Shown one piece after another: positions 9,604 through 21,267 of a stretch of 64,000 nt of DNA (position 1 is the first letter of the stretch; the number at the start of each line of letters is the position of its first letter). The translations under genes were made by a program, and so were the position numbers. The notes under the pieces were generated by a model. It saw only the letters and a program-made list of their open reading frames with translations. It had not been told where the DNA came from and did not search any database. The stretch is from an uncultured Oscillospiraceae bacterium (GTDB lineage: Bacteria > Bacillota > Clostridia > Oscillospirales > Oscillospiraceae), in NCBI GenBank assembly GCA_944385765.1, contig CALWYL010000001.1, positions 23,556 through 87,555 of the forward strand. The letters run 5' to 3'.

Positions 9604-9894
9604 TCACACGGCGTTCAGACAGTGCTCACGCAGCGCGGCCCTCAGGGCCGTGGCGCTGCTGGTGTGAACCCTGGCCACGGGTATGCTGCTCTTTCTCGCC
9701 TCCTGGGTGACGCTCAGCACCATCTTGTGCGAGACCGTGCTGATGAAAAGTATGAGCAGGTCCGGCGTGCCCAGCTTCTTCTTCAGCGAGCCGTGCTCCT
9801 TGGTAAATATCTTTGCCTTGCAGCCGTGTTCCCTGCATATGTTCTCATACTGGGCCTCCATGCGTTCATTTCCGCCCACTATCACTACGCTCAT
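9604..9894 (-). CDS. DUF2325-like small protein
   Basis: MSVVIVGGNERME...LLILFISTVSHKM pattern. The start is uncertain. Confidence 0.55.
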   Translation of the reverse strand: MSVVIVGGNERMEAQYENICREHGCKAKIFTKEHGSLKKKLGTPDLLILFISTVSHKMVLSVTQEARKSSIPVARVHTSSATALRAALREHCLNAV

Positions 9895-9943
9895 CTCCTG
9901 CCCTGCCTTTCTTTTGATTGTTAGTGCCAACTAACCGTTGTTC

Positions 9944-9972
9944 AAGAAATAATGCGGTTGAGGCCGCATTAT
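9944..9972 (-). terminator. terminator after the glycosyltransferase gene
   Basis: On the minus strand: ATAATGCGG, loop cctcaa, CCGCATTAT, then TTCTT. Confidence 0.5.
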
Positions 9973-10004
9973 AGTTAGAATTAACTAACCGCAAATATAC
10001 TCTA

Positions 10005-11102
10005 CTATATCTCCCCGGATTTGTCAACAGCATTTTTCCCTCGCATCAGCTCGAGGTTCCTCTTCAGCCTCTCGTCCCAGGGGCTGAGCTCCACCGCCCG
10101 CTCGGCTGCCGCCGCCGCCTCCTCTTCCCTGCCGGTGTAGTACAGCCCCAGAGACAGCAGGTCCCAGGGCAATGCCCCCCAGCTCTCGCTCTCGCAGATG
10201 TAGGTTCTCGGCCTCTCCGCTATGCGCAGCGCCCGGCGCGAGAAATACACCACCCCGTCCCAGTCTCCGTCCTCATACAGCATTCTCGCCATGTCCATGT
10301 ACGGCTCGCGCAGGTGCGGGGCCTCCGCCACCGCCCTAAGCAGCCACACGTATGCCTTCCCCCGCTCCTCCAGCTCCATGTATGAGCGCGCTATGTAGCG
10401 CATGGAGGCACAGCGCTCGTCTGCCCAGAGCGCATTGGGCATGCACACGTGTTTGAGCAGGGTGTCTATGGCCTCCCGCCACATGCCGTGGAAGTAGTAC
10501 TCCCTGCCCAGATAGTGCATGTTTCTGTCGTCATCCGGGTCCTCGCGGACGGACTGCTCCAGCAGCGGCAGATACTGGGCGCGCGATTTTGTGCTGTCCG
10601 CCCGGTGGTCCAGCTGCATCCCCTCCACATACACCTTCCGCGGCTGGCCCTCGCCCAGCCACACCGGCACCTCATGCACGGGATGTGCCCACTCCCAGCC
10701 GTGCCTGGAGTGTATTTTCTCCTGCCAGAACACATAGCCCTCCGAGCCGTCGGGGTTGAAGTTCCAGGTGTAGCGGTACGCCGCCTGCTGCGTCCCCTCC
10801 ACCCAGGCCTCCTCCAGCAGTTTCCTCCATCCGGGGTGGAAGAACTCGTCGAGGTCGGTACAGACGCAGATATCCGCGTCCTCCGGCACCAGTGTGAGCG
10901 AGCGGTTGCGCGCCACGTCGAACCTCCACGGCGATATCACCGCAATCTCCACCTCCGCCCCCAAGCTGGAGAGCAGTTCCGGCGTGCCGTCGTCCGAGCC
11001 GGTGTCCAGGACATATATGTGGTCCGCCTCTGACATTGAGCTGACCCAGCGCCGGGCAAACTGGCTTTCGTTTTTACATATGGCGTAGACACAGACCTTC
11101 AT
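10005..11102 (-). CDS. family-2 glycosyltransferase with C-terminal TPR repeats
   Basis: MKVCVYAICKNE...VLDTGSDDGT...CTDLDE (DxD motif). The C-terminal half is TPR-like. GAGGAGG RBS lies 6 nt upstream. Confidence 0.75.
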   Translation of the reverse strand: MKVCVYAICKNESQFARRWVSSMSEADHIYVLDTGSDDGTPELLSSLGAEVEIAVISPWRFDVARNRSLTLVPEDADICVCTDLDEFFHPGWRKLLEEAWVEGTQQAAYRYTWNFNPDGSEGYVFWQEKIHSRHGWEWAHPVHEVPVWLGEGQPRKVYVEGMQLDHRADSTKSRAQYLPLLEQSVREDPDDDRNMHYLGREYYFHGMWREAIDTLLKHVCMPNALWADERCASMRYIARSYMELEERGKAYVWLLRAVAEAPHLREPYMDMARMLYEDGDWDGVVYFSRRALRIAERPRTYICESESWGALPWDLLSLGLYYTGREEEAAAAAERAVELSPWDERLKRNLELMRGKNAVDKSGEI

Positions 11103-11152
11103 GTCGTACCTCCTCTTAAAAAGGAGGACGGCTGGAGCCGTCCTCTCAAGCA

Positions 11153-12262
<1,110 letters not shown>

Positions 12263-12407
12263 TAGGTTTTCTCCCTTCACCATGGTATAAGGGGCGGCAT
12301 ATCTCTCTCGCCGCCTCTACATATTATGCCGGCCGCCCATCTTTGCCACTTGCTCTGGCCAAAACAGGCGGCGCGTGTTATCATATGTGCGGAAAGGAAG
12401 TGTCGCC

Positions 12408-13331
12408 ATGAGAGATATCTCCCCCAGCTGCAAGCTGGCCGTTATCCAGTCCTCCCCCTGTATGTTCAACGCCGCGGCATGCGCGGAGAAAGCCGCCGGG
12501 CTGATTGCCGCCGCGGCTGCGCGCGGCGCGCAGCTCATCGTGTTCCCGGAGCTGTTCATCCCCGGCTATCCCTATGGCATGACCTTCGGCTTCACCGTGG
12601 GCGCCCGCTCCGACCCCGGCCGCGAGGACTGGCGGCTCTACTGCGCCAACTCCATAGTAGTCCCCGGGCCGGAGACCCGTCTGCTGTCCGAGGCGGCGCG
12701 GGAGGCCGGGGCCTACGTGAGCATAGGCGTCTCCGAGCGCGACGCCGTCAGCGGCACGCTGTACAACTCCAACCTCATCTTCCTGCCCGACGGCTCTCTA
12801 TGCCCCGTCCACCGCAAGCTCAAGCCCACGGGCGCCGAGCGTGTGGTCTGGGGCGATGCCGACCGCGGCTACTTCCCCGTGGTGGACACCCCCTGGGGCC
12901 CCGTGGGCAGCCTCATCTGTTGGGAGAGCTACATGCCCCTCGCCCGCGCCGCCCTCTATGAAAAGGGCGTTTCGCTCTACATCTCCCCCAACACCAACGA
13001 CAACCCCGAGTGGCAGCACACCATAAGGCACATCGCCCTGGAGGGCCGCTGCTACTTCATAAATGCCGACCTCTTCTTCACCCGCTCCATGTACCCTTCC
13101 GGCCTGCACTGCCCCCAGGAGCTCTCCCGTCTGCCGGATATAGTCTGCCGTGGCGGCAGCTGCGTGGTGGACCCCTTCGGCCACTATGTGACGGAGCCCG
13201 TCTGGGACCGCGAGGATATCATACTCGCCGAGCTGGACATGTCCCTGGTGCCCGCCAGCCGCATGGAGTTCGACCCCGCCGGCCACTACTCCCGCCCGGA
13301 CGCGCTCAGGCTCACGGTGGACGACCGGTGA
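12408..13331 (+). CDS. nitrilase / carbon-nitrogen hydrolase family protein
   Basis: E-K-C triad context: VFPELF, HRKLKPT, LICWESYMP. AAGGAAG RBS is present. Confidence 0.85.
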   Translation: MRDISPSCKLAVIQSSPCMFNAAACAEKAAGLIAAAAARGAQLIVFPELFIPGYPYGMTFGFTVGARSDPGREDWRLYCANSIVVPGPETRLLSEAAREAGAYVSIGVSERDAVSGTLYNSNLIFLPDGSLCPVHRKLKPTGAERVVWGDADRGYFPVVDTPWGPVGSLICWESYMPLARAALYEKGVSLYISPNTNDNPEWQHTIRHIALEGRCYFINADLFFTRSMYPSGLHCPQELSRLPDIVCRGGSCVVDPFGHYVTEPVWDREDIILAELDMSLVPASRMEFDPAGHYSRPDALRLTVDDR

Positions 13332-13355
13332 CGGCCGCCTGCGCGGACGCAGAAG

Positions 13356-13394
13356 AAAAAGCACGGTCAAGCGGAATGCTTGACCGTGCTTTTG
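13356..13394. terminator. bidirectional terminator
   Basis: AAAAA, stem GCACGGTCAAGC, loop ggaat, stem GCTTGACCGTGC, then TTTT. Confidence 0.65.
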
Positions 13395-13437
13395 TCAGCC
13401 CTGGATCCATTTTTCTTATCACATCTTCATGGGCGGT

Positions 13438-14346
13438 TCAAACCCCGCGGCCCTCGCCGCCCCCTCCCGCTCCGTCCATCATCCCCTCCAGCAGGGTCAG
13501 GAATCGCCTGAGCGGCGGGCTGTTTTCGGTGGAGAGGTACGCCGCGCCGTAAGACAGCGTCCCGGCCTCCGGCACCGGTATATAGCGCAGCCCCGGCAGC
13601 CTCGCATGCGGCAGGTCCGGCAGCAGCGCGCAGGCGAATCCGGTATCGGCCATGGTGCAGAGTATCTCCACGCTGTCGCAGAATACTATCTGCGAGGAGT
13701 CCCGCCCACTGATGAGCAGCGCCTGCAAATCCGTCACCGCCTGCGGCAGGTTCGTCGGCCGGCACACCGCCACCCTTTCTGCCCGGCGCAGCATGTCCAG
13801 ACTGACAGCCTCCTCGCCGGCCAGCGGGTGGTCTCCGGCGCAGATGCACGCCAGGCCGCAGCGGGCCACCTCGCGGTAGCTGGCCTTTTTGGGCGTGTTG
13901 TCCCCAAAGGCGGACATCACCTGGATGCTCCCCTCGGTGAGCAGGTTCTCCAGCGCGTCCGAGGGTATCATCCTCAAACTGGGCAGGAAACTGGGGTCCT
14001 CCGCCCTCATCGCTCTCAGCACGCCCCCTATGCTTCTCAGCTCCAGGGTGTTGCGGCAGCCTATGCCCAGCCGCTTCTCCTCCTCCCGGCCTATCTCCTT
14101 CAGCCTGGATTTCGACACCCCGCTGAGGCGCATGATTTCCGAGGCATACTGCACGAACATGTACCCGGCCTGCGTCAATCGCACGCTCTTGCTGCTGCGC
14201 CAGAAGAGCCTCACCCCCAGCTCGTCCTCCAGAGAGGTTATCTGGTGGCTCACCGCCGGCTGGGTCAGCCTCAGCTGCTCCGCCGCCCGTGAAAAGTTCA
14301 GGTTGTTGGCCACCGCCAGGAAGCACTCCAGCTGCGTCGTATTCAC
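13438..14346 (-). CDS. LysR family transcriptional regulator
   Basis: N-terminus MNTTQLECFLAVANNLNFSRAAEQLRLTQPAVSHQITSLE, with a GTG start after GGGGGGA. Confidence 0.9.
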   Translation of the reverse strand: MNTTQLECFLAVANNLNFSRAAEQLRLTQPAVSHQITSLEDELGVRLFWRSSKSVRLTQAGYMFVQYASEIMRLSGVSKSRLKEIGREEEKRLGIGCRNTLELRSIGGVLRAMRAEDPSFLPSLRMIPSDALENLLTEGSIQVMSAFGDNTPKKASYREVARCGLACICAGDHPLAGEEAVSLDMLRRAERVAVCRPTNLPQAVTDLQALLISGRDSSQIVFCDSVEILCTMADTGFACALLPDLPHARLPGLRYIPVPEAGTLSYGAAYLSTENSPPLRRFLTLLEGMMDGAGGGGEGRGV

Positions 14347-14402
14347 AGCTCATCCCCCCGTATCACGCCGGTTTATGCCGGTTTGTATAATATGGTATAT
14401 CG

Positions 14403-14417
14403 ATAAAATACTTTTAT
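14403..14417. promoter_or_regulatory. T-N11-A LysR-type box
   Basis: Perfect palindrome ATAAAA-TAC-TTTTAT in the lysR/marR divergent spacer. Confidence 0.3.
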
Positions 14418-14514
14418 AGATAATAACATATTTGAATTTCACTTTCAAGTGACATCGTGCTATAAATATCAACGTCCAAATAGTTAACGTCAAAAGAAAG
14501 GAGGACAGACAGCT

Positions 14515-14982
14515 ATGGATGTCGATACCAACGAGATGATTCGTGACAACAGATATATCAGCATACAGCTCTATGCCCGGGGCGACAGGGCCCTCACCGA
14601 GCAGGGGCTGACCGGCGTGCAGGCCAGGGTGCTGATGTTCATCCTCGAGCGCTCCGAGTGCGGCACATCTCCTACCGAGATCCACAACCTTACCGGCTAT
14701 TCCATGGCCGCCACCTCCGGCCTCATAAAGCGCCTGAGGGAAAAGGGCTTTGTCCGCGTGGAGTCCTGTGCCAACGACGAGCGGCGCAAGCTGCTCTTCG
14801 TCACCGACAAGGGCAGGCAGGTGCGCGATTTCATGGACAGTTCCATGCGCGCCCTTCCGCAGATGCTCTACCGCGGGTTTTCCGACGAGGAGCTTGCCAC
14901 TCTCAACCGCCTGCAGAAGAAGATGATAGGCAACCTCTCCGGTCCCCACAATAACAGCAGTATGGAGGAATCAACGCTTTGA
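14515..14982 (+). CDS. MarR family transcriptional regulator
   Basis: Motif LTGVQARVLMFILE...SMAATSGLIKRLREKGFV...DERRKLL, with an AAAGGAGG RBS. Confidence 0.85.
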   Translation: MDVDTNEMIRDNRYISIQLYARGDRALTEQGLTGVQARVLMFILERSECGTSPTEIHNLTGYSMAATSGLIKRLREKGFVRVESCANDERRKLLFVTDKGRQVRDFMDSSMRALPQMLYRGFSDEELATLNRLQKKMIGNLSGPHNNSSMEESTL

Positions 14983-16718
14983 AAATCGTTATCAGCCAGG
15001 CAGGCAAATACGCGAAGGACGCCTTTATCACCATGGGCCTCACCGCTGCGGAGGTCCTGCTGGACATACTTCTCCCCTTCGTCACCGCCATAATCATTGA
15101 CGACGGCCTCCAGGCCTCCAACATCTCGGTCGTGGTGCGCTACGGCTTGCTGATGGTCCTCATGGCCTTCGTCTCGCTCATCTTCGGCGCCCTGGCCGGC
15201 AAATTTGCCGCCCGGGCCTCCACCGGCTTCGGCGCAAATCTGCGCGAGGCCATCTACAACAATGTGCAGACCTTCTCGTTCTCCAATATAGACAAGTTCA
15301 GCGTGCCCGGCCTGGTCACCCGCATGACCACGGACATAACGAACGTGCAAATGGCCTTCATGATGTGCACGCGCATGGCCGTGCGCGCCCCGCTGAACCT
15401 CATCTTCAGCTTCGCCATGTGCCTCATAATCTGCCCGCAGATAGCCCCCACCTTCGGCATCGCGGCCCTGTTCCTGATGGCCGCCCTGGGCAGCATCATG
15501 GTCGTCACCATCCGCATCTTCAACCGCATGTTCGACGGCTATGACGACCTGAACGCCAGCGTGCAGGAGAACATCTCCGGCATACGCGTGGTCAAGGCCT
15601 TTGTGCGCGAGGGCTATGAGGACAAGAAGTTCTCCAGGGCCAGCACCTATCTCTACAAGCTGGCCGTCAAGGCTGAGAGCCTGCTCGCCTTCAACAACCC
15701 CGCCATGATGCTCTCCGTCTACTTCTGCATCATAATGGTCAGCTGGATGGGCGCGGAGTTCATCGTCTCCGGCAGCCTCACCACCGGCGACCTCACCAGC
15801 CTCTTCAGCTACATAATGAGCCTGCTGATGAGCCTGATGATGCTCTCCATGATAGTCGTCATGATAACCATGTCCTTGGCCAGCGTGCGCCGCATAAGCG
15901 AGGTCCTGCGCGAGAAGCCCGACCTGCACGACCCTGAAAACCCCATCTACGAGGTGCCCAACGGCGACATCGACTTCAACCACGTCAATTTCTCCTACAA
16001 GCACGGCTCGGGCAAGAACGCCCTCTCCGACATTGACCTGCACATCAAGTCCGGCGAGACCATAGGCGTCATAGGCGGCACCGGCGCCGGCAAGTCCAGC
16101 CTGGTGAACCTCATCTGCCGGCTCTACGACGTCAATGACGGCGAGGTGCGCGTGGGCGACATCAATGTCAAGGACTACGACATGGAGGCCCTGCGCAACC
16201 AGGTGGCCGTGGTGCTGCAGAAGAACACCCTCTTCACCGGCACCATCCTCGAGAACCTCCGCTGGGGCAACGAGAACGCCACCCTGGAGGAGTGCAAGGC
16301 CGCCTGCGAGGCCGCCTGCGCCGACGAGTTCATCGACCGCTTCCCGGATGGGTACGACACGCGCATTGAGCGCGGAGGCAACAACGTCTCCGGCGGCCAG
16401 AAGCAGCGCCTCTGCATCGCCCGCGCCCTCCTGAAAAAGCCCAAAGTGCTGATTCTCGACGACTCCACCAGCGCGGTGGACACCGCGACCGACGCCAAGA
16501 TACGCGCCGCGTTCCGCAAGAGCATCCCCGGCACCACCAAGATAATCATCGCCCAGCGCATCTCCAGCGTGCAGGACGCGGACCGCATCCTCGTCCTCGA
16601 CGAGGGCCGCATAGACGCCTTCGACACGCACGAGAACCTGCTCAAGACCAACGCCATCTACCAGGACATCTACGAGAGCCAGATAAAGGGCGGCGGCGAC
16701 TTCGACCAGCCGGCCTGA
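14979..16718 (+). CDS. ABC exporter, fused permease/ATPase (heterodimer half 1)
   Basis: 6 TM segments plus an NBD: GGTGAGKSS, LSGGQKQR, ILILDD. The TTG start overlaps the marR stop. Confidence 0.9.
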   Translation: MKIVISQAGKYAKDAFITMGLTAAEVLLDILLPFVTAIIIDDGLQASNISVVVRYGLLMVLMAFVSLIFGALAGKFAARASTGFGANLREAIYNNVQTFSFSNIDKFSVPGLVTRMTTDITNVQMAFMMCTRMAVRAPLNLIFSFAMCLIICPQIAPTFGIAALFLMAALGSIMVVTIRIFNRMFDGYDDLNASVQENISGIRVVKAFVREGYEDKKFSRASTYLYKLAVKAESLLAFNNPAMMLSVYFCIIMVSWMGAEFIVSGSLTTGDLTSLFSYIMSLLMSLMMLSMIVVMITMSLASVRRISEVLREKPDLHDPENPIYEVPNGDIDFNHVNFSYKHGSGKNALSDIDLHIKSGETIGVIGGTGAGKSSLVNLICRLYDVNDGEVRVGDINVKDYDMEALRNQVAVVLQKNTLFTGTILENLRWGNENATLEECKAACEAACADEFIDRFPDGYDTRIERGGNNVSGGQKQRLCIARALLKKPKVLILDDSTSAVDTATDAKIRAAFRKSIPGTTKIIIAQRISSVQDADRILVLDEGRIDAFDTHENLLKTNAIYQDIYESQIKGGGDFDQPA

Positions 16719-16734
16719 AAGGAGGACATGGACT

Positions 16735-18645
16735 ATGAATAACAAAAGAGGACGCCGTGGGCACCTGAAGAGCTCCATGCCCCTGCTCGGCCGCGTGGTA
16801 AAATTCATGCTGCACCACTACAAGTGGGTATTGGCGCTCGTCGTCGTATGTATACTGATAAACGCCATCACCAGTGTCATCGGCGCCACCTTCCCCCAGA
16901 CGCTGGTGGACGACTACATCGTGCCCATGCTCAACACGGGCGCCAACCTCTTCCCCGAACTTCTCAACGACATCATCCGCCTCATCTGCATCATGGCCTC
17001 CGGCGTGCTCGCCGCCTACTGCTACAGCAGGCTGATGGTCAATGTGAGCCAGGGCACCATGCTGCTGCTGCGCAATGAGCTCTTCAGCAAGATGGAGTCC
17101 CTGCCCATAAAGTACTTCGACACCCACGCCCACGGCGACATCATGTCTGTCTACACCAACGACATAGACACGCTCAGGCAGCTGATAAGCCAGACCATAC
17201 CGCAGACCATAAACAGCTCCATCACCATGATAGCCACCTTCATCACCATGTTGTGGCTCAATCCGGCCCTGACGGTTATCAGCCTCCTCACCGCGCTGCT
17301 GATGCTCTTTGTCACCAGCAAGTTCACCAAGTTCTCCGCCAAGTACTACATCAAGCAGCAGCAGGACCTGGGCGCCGTGGACGGCTACATCGAGGAGATG
17401 ATGGACGGCCAGAAGGTGGTCAAGGTGTTCTGCCACGAGGAGGAGGCCAAGGCCGGCTTCCACCGCGTGAACGAGGAGCTGCGCGACAGCGGCTGCAAGG
17501 CCAACACCTACGCCAACCTGCTTATGCCCGTCAACGCCAATATCGGCTGGCTGAGCTACGTTCTGGTGGCCATAGTGGGTGCCATCCTCGCCATAAACGG
17601 CCTGGCCGGCGTCACCGTGGGCACGGTCGTCACCTTCGTGGGCCTCAACAAGAGCTTCACCCAGCCCATCAGCCAGCTCTCCATGCAGATAAACTTTGTC
17701 GTCACGGCGGCCGCCGGCGCCCAGCGCGTTTTCGACCTCATGGACCAGCAGCCGGAGAAGGACGACGGCTATGTCGAGCTGGTGAACGCCAAGATAGGCG
17801 AGAACGACGAGCTCATAGAGACCGAAGAGCGCACCAACATCTGGGCCTGGAAACATCCCCACAGGGCCGACGGCACCATCACCTACACCCGCCTGCAGGG
17901 CCAGGTCGTGTTCGACCACGTGGACTTCGGCTACGACGAGGGCAAGATGGTGCTGCACGACATCAGCATGTGGGCCAAGCCCGGCCAGAAGATAGCCTTC
18001 GTGGGCGCCACCGGCGCGGGCAAGACCACCATAACGAACCTGATAAACCGCTTCTACGACATAGCCGACGGCAAGATACGCTACGACGGCATAAACATCA
18101 ACAAAATCAAGAAGCAGGACCTGCGCCGCAGCCTGGGCATCGTGCTGCAGGACACCCACCTCTTCACCGGCACCGTGATGGACAACATCCGCTACGGCAA
18201 TCTGGACGCCACGGACGAGGAGTGCATGGCCGCGGCCGGCCTGGCCAACGCGGACGGCTTCATCCGCCGCCTGCCGGACGGCTACAACACCATGCTCACC
18301 GGAGACGGCGCCAACCTCTCGCAGGGCCAGCGCCAGTTACTGGCCATAGCCCGCGCGGCCGTGGCCGATCCCCCGGTGCTGATACTCGACGAGGCCACCA
18401 GCTCCATAGACACCCGAACCGAGAAGCTGGTGCAGGGCGGCATGGACGCTCTGATGACCGGCCGCACCACTTTCGTCATCGCCCACCGCCTGAGCACTGT
18501 GCGGAACGCGGACTGCATCATGGTCATGGAGCTCGGCCGCATCATCGAGCGCGGCACACACGACGAGCTGATTGCCAAGCAGGGCAAGTACTACCAGCTA
18601 TACACCGGCTCGGCCCCCAAGGAATCTTCCGGGGAACCCGCCTGA
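16735..18645 (+). CDS. ABC exporter, fused permease/ATPase (heterodimer half 2)
   Basis: GATGAGKTT, LSQGQRQL, LILDEATS. Confidence 0.9.
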   Translation: MNNKRGRRGHLKSSMPLLGRVVKFMLHHYKWVLALVVVCILINAITSVIGATFPQTLVDDYIVPMLNTGANLFPELLNDIIRLICIMASGVLAAYCYSRLMVNVSQGTMLLLRNELFSKMESLPIKYFDTHAHGDIMSVYTNDIDTLRQLISQTIPQTINSSITMIATFITMLWLNPALTVISLLTALLMLFVTSKFTKFSAKYYIKQQQDLGAVDGYIEEMMDGQKVVKVFCHEEEAKAGFHRVNEELRDSGCKANTYANLLMPVNANIGWLSYVLVAIVGAILAINGLAGVTVGTVVTFVGLNKSFTQPISQLSMQINFVVTAAAGAQRVFDLMDQQPEKDDGYVELVNAKIGENDELIETEERTNIWAWKHPHRADGTITYTRLQGQVVFDHVDFGYDEGKMVLHDISMWAKPGQKIAFVGATGAGKTTITNLINRFYDIADGKIRYDGININKIKKQDLRRSLGIVLQDTHLFTGTVMDNIRYGNLDATDEECMAAAGLANADGFIRRLPDGYNTMLTGDGANLSQGQRQLLAIARAAVADPPVLILDEATSSIDTRTEKLVQGGMDALMTGRTTFVIAHRLSTVRNADCIMVMELGRIIERGTHDELIAKQGKYYQLYTGSAPKESSGEPA

Positions 18646-18711
18646 CCCGCTTCGCCCAGTCCCCCGGGCTTCTCCGGGGGACTGAATTCTATGCCCAGGG
18701 AGGCGCCCTTA

Positions 18712-19278
18712 ATGGATATCCTCTGTGAAAAATACAGGGAGCTGCGGCTCGACGGCAGCCTGATAGGCCTGGAGCGAGCTGATGGCCCCGCATATTTCTG
18801 CACTCCCGTCGGCGCCGAGGTCATAGGCTGGGACAGCGGCATACACTACTGTTTTATCCGCGGCCTGGGGGATACCGTCTTCTGTGTCAATCCGGAGACC
18901 TGCTGTGAGCACTATGTCTACCCCATCGCCCGCAGTTTTCGGGATTTTCTGGGCCTGATACTCGCCGTGGGCAACACCAACACCCTCCAGCAGATAATTC
19001 TTTGGGACAAGGAGGCCTACAAGGCCTTTGTAAGCAGCCCGCACGAGCGGGATAACCTCCGCAAAAGCGAGGTGCGCTCCGCTCTGGACGCCCTGCGCCG
19101 TGGCACGGGCGTGGAGCCCATCGGCTCCCCGTTTGAGTATGTCAAGGCCCTGCAGAGCGATTTCCCCTATGAGAAGATACCCTTTTCGGACGAGTACTAT
19201 GAGGTCCTGGGCCTGGAGCGCCCTGGTGCTGCCGCTCCAGGACGCCGCTCTGCCCCCGCGGACCTCACCGGAGACTGA
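18712..19278 (+). CDS. hypothetical protein
   Basis: AGGGAGG lies 8 nt before ATG 18712. I recognise no family. Confidence 0.45.
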   Translation: MDILCEKYRELRLDGSLIGLERADGPAYFCTPVGAEVIGWDSGIHYCFIRGLGDTVFCVNPETCCEHYVYPIARSFRDFLGLILAVGNTNTLQQIILWDKEAYKAFVSSPHERDNLRKSEVRSALDALRRGTGVEPIGSPFEYVKALQSDFPYEKIPFSDEYYEVLGLERPGAAAPGRRSAPADLTGD

Positions 19279-19284
19279 GACCCA

Positions 19285-19328
19285 AAAAACAACTGCCGCC
19301 GACAGCTGCCGGCGGCAGTTTGATATTT
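19285..19328. terminator. bidirectional terminator
   Basis: AAAAAAC, stem AACTGCCGCCG, 8-nt loop, stem CGGCGGCAGTT, then TGATATTT. Confidence 0.55.
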
Positions 19329-20175
19329 AGGGCTTTCTCAGCAGCACCGTCCCGTGCAGGTCGCAGAGCGGCGTGGGCAGCAGTCCCCTCGCGCGGCAGA
19401 ACTCCTCCACAGCCCTGCCGGCCCCGGCGAACTGGCTGCCGTTCACGTCGTGCACCAGCAGCGCCCCGCCGATGGAGAGCCGCTCCCAGAAGAGCGGCAG
19501 CGCGGCCGCAGTCGGCGCGTAAAGGTCCGCGTCTATGGACACGAGGGCAAATACGCAGCCCCTGCAGGGCTCAAAGGTCTCCGGGAAGTGCCCCACATGG
19601 AACAGCGCCCTATCCACATGCGGCAGGGCGGCCCTCACCAGCTCCACGTCCGTCCCCGAGAAATCCCCCGTCCCCGCCGCGGAGAACCCCTCGCGCCGCT
19701 CCACCTCCACATCCTCCTCCGCGAAGCCGCCGAAGGTGTCAAAGAGATGCAGCCGCCTCTCCGGGAAGGCCGCGTTGAGCTGCGCGGCGAATTCCCCGCG
19801 GTATACGCCCAGCTCCGCCACGTCTCCCTCTATGCCCAGGAGTTCCATCTGCTCGGCCAGCAGGCGCATCACCGCCGACCGCGCGTCCAGCATCCCCAGC
19901 CCGGAGGCCCTCAGCACCGGCCCGGCGTAGCCCAGCTCACGCAGCTGCCCCTCCATCTGCGCGGAGCGCTCCTCGCCCATCACGCAGATTATGAAGCTCT
20001 CCGGCGCGTACTCCAGCGCCCGCTCCGGCGGCACCACGGGAGCCCCACAGAGCGAGCCGCCCCACTTTCTGCCGTCGTTGTCGGCCACACAGCACACGCT
20101 GTGGCCCGGGCCCATCAGCCTGGCCACCATTGCGCCGGCCTGCCCGGCCCCAAAAAGCGCCACCTTGCCCAACAC
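19327..20175 (-). CDS. TylF/MycF-type class I SAM-dependent methyltransferase
   Basis: Motifs LHLFDTFGGF...VSIDADLY...LSIGGALLVHD. The N-terminus is Rossmann-like (ALFGAGQAG). Confidence 0.75.
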   Translation of the reverse strand: MLGKVALFGAGQAGAMVARLMGPGHSVCCVADNDGRKWGGSLCGAPVVPPERALEYAPESFIICVMGEERSAQMEGQLRELGYAGPVLRASGLGMLDARSAVMRLLAEQMELLGIEGDVAELGVYRGEFAAQLNAAFPERRLHLFDTFGGFAEEDVEVERREGFSAAGTGDFSGTDVELVRAALPHVDRALFHVGHFPETFEPCRGCVFALVSIDADLYAPTAAALPLFWERLSIGGALLVHDVNGSQFAGAGRAVEEFCRARGLLPTPLCDLHGTVLLRKP

Positions 20176-20232
20176 GTCTCCCCCTCTCCATATAGTGCGA
20201 GGGCGCCGGCATCCCGGCGCCCTGTGTGCGTC

Positions 20233-21255
20233 TCAGAGTATAAGGCAGCAGTCGCCGAAGGAGAAGAACCTGTACCTCTCCCTCACGGCCTCCTCATAGG
20301 CCCTCAGCACGTGCTCCCTGCCCGCGAAGGCGGAGATGAGCATGATGAGCGTGCTCTCCGGCAGATGGAAGTTGGTTATCAGCCCGTCCATGCACTTGAA
20401 GCGGTATCCGGGGTAGATGAAGATATCCGTCCAGCCGGAGCACGCGCTCAGCGTCCCGTCCTCGTGGGCAAAGCTCTCCACCGTGCGGCAGGAGGTGGTG
20501 CCCACGCAGATTACGCGTCCACCGGCGGCTTTTGTCTCGTTCACGGTCCTGGCCGTCTCCTCAGGTATGATGCAGAACTCGGAGTGCATCTCGTGCTCCT
20601 CCACCGTGTCCACCTTCACGGGCCTGAAAGTGCCCAGCCCCACATGCAGCGTCACGAAGCACTCCCTGACCCCCATCTCCTTCACCTTTTCCAGCAGCTC
20701 CGGGGTGAAGTGCAGCCCCGCCGTGGGCGCGGCCGCGCTGCCGAGCTCGCGGGAGTAGACGGTCTGATATCTCTCCCCGTCCTCCAGCTCCTCCTTGATG
20801 TAGGGGGGCAGGGGCATGCGCCCCAGCCTCTCCAGTATCTCCATGAAGATGCCCTCGTAGCTGAATTTGACAATCCTCTTGCCGCCCTCGCCCACGGAGA
20901 GCACCTCTCCCGCGAGCTCGCCGTCGCCGAAGTGGAGCCTGGCGCCGGGCTGCGTCTTGCGCCCCGGCTTGGTCAGGCACTCCCACTCCCCGCCGCCCAG
21001 GTCGCGCAGCAGCAGCACCTCCACGGCCCCGCCGCTCTCCCTGCGGCCCAGGAGCCTGGCCGGTATCACGCGCGAGTCGTTCATCACCAGGCAATCGCCC
21101 GGCCGGAGATACTCGCACAGCCTGTCGAAACTGCTGTGCCCTATGCTGCCGTCCTCGCGGCCCAAAACCAGCATGCGGGAGGCGTCGCGCCGCTCCAGCG
21201 GGGTCTGCGCTATCAGCTCCTGTGGAAGTTCATAGTAAAAGTCAGATGTTTTCAT
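20233..21255 (-). CDS. queA: S-adenosylmethionine:tRNA ribosyltransferase-isomerase
   Basis: [31 protein letters not shown]...PLPPYI...[10 protein letters not shown]. Confidence 0.95.
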   Translation of the reverse strand: MKTSDFYYELPQELIAQTPLERRDASRMLVLGREDGSIGHSSFDRLCEYLRPGDCLVMNDSRVIPARLLGRRESGGAVEVLLLRDLGGGEWECLTKPGRKTQPGARLHFGDGELAGEVLSVGEGGKRIVKFSYEGIFMEILERLGRMPLPPYIKEELEDGERYQTVYSRELGSAAAPTAGLHFTPELLEKVKEMGVRECFVTLHVGLGTFRPVKVDTVEEHEMHSEFCIIPEETARTVNETKAAGGRVICVGTTSCRTVESFAHEDGTLSACSGWTDIFIYPGYRFKCMDGLITNFHLPESTLIMLISAFAGREHVLRAYEEAVRERYRFFSFGDCCLIL

Positions 21256-21267
21256 ATCACGCCCGCC

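Noticed and set aside
14868-18159. Long minus-strand ORFs (646 aa and 505 aa) across the ABC transporter genes.
   Set aside because: They are antisense shadows of two ABC exporter genes that have clear Walker A, signature and Walker B motifs. They have no RBS and their composition is low-complexity.
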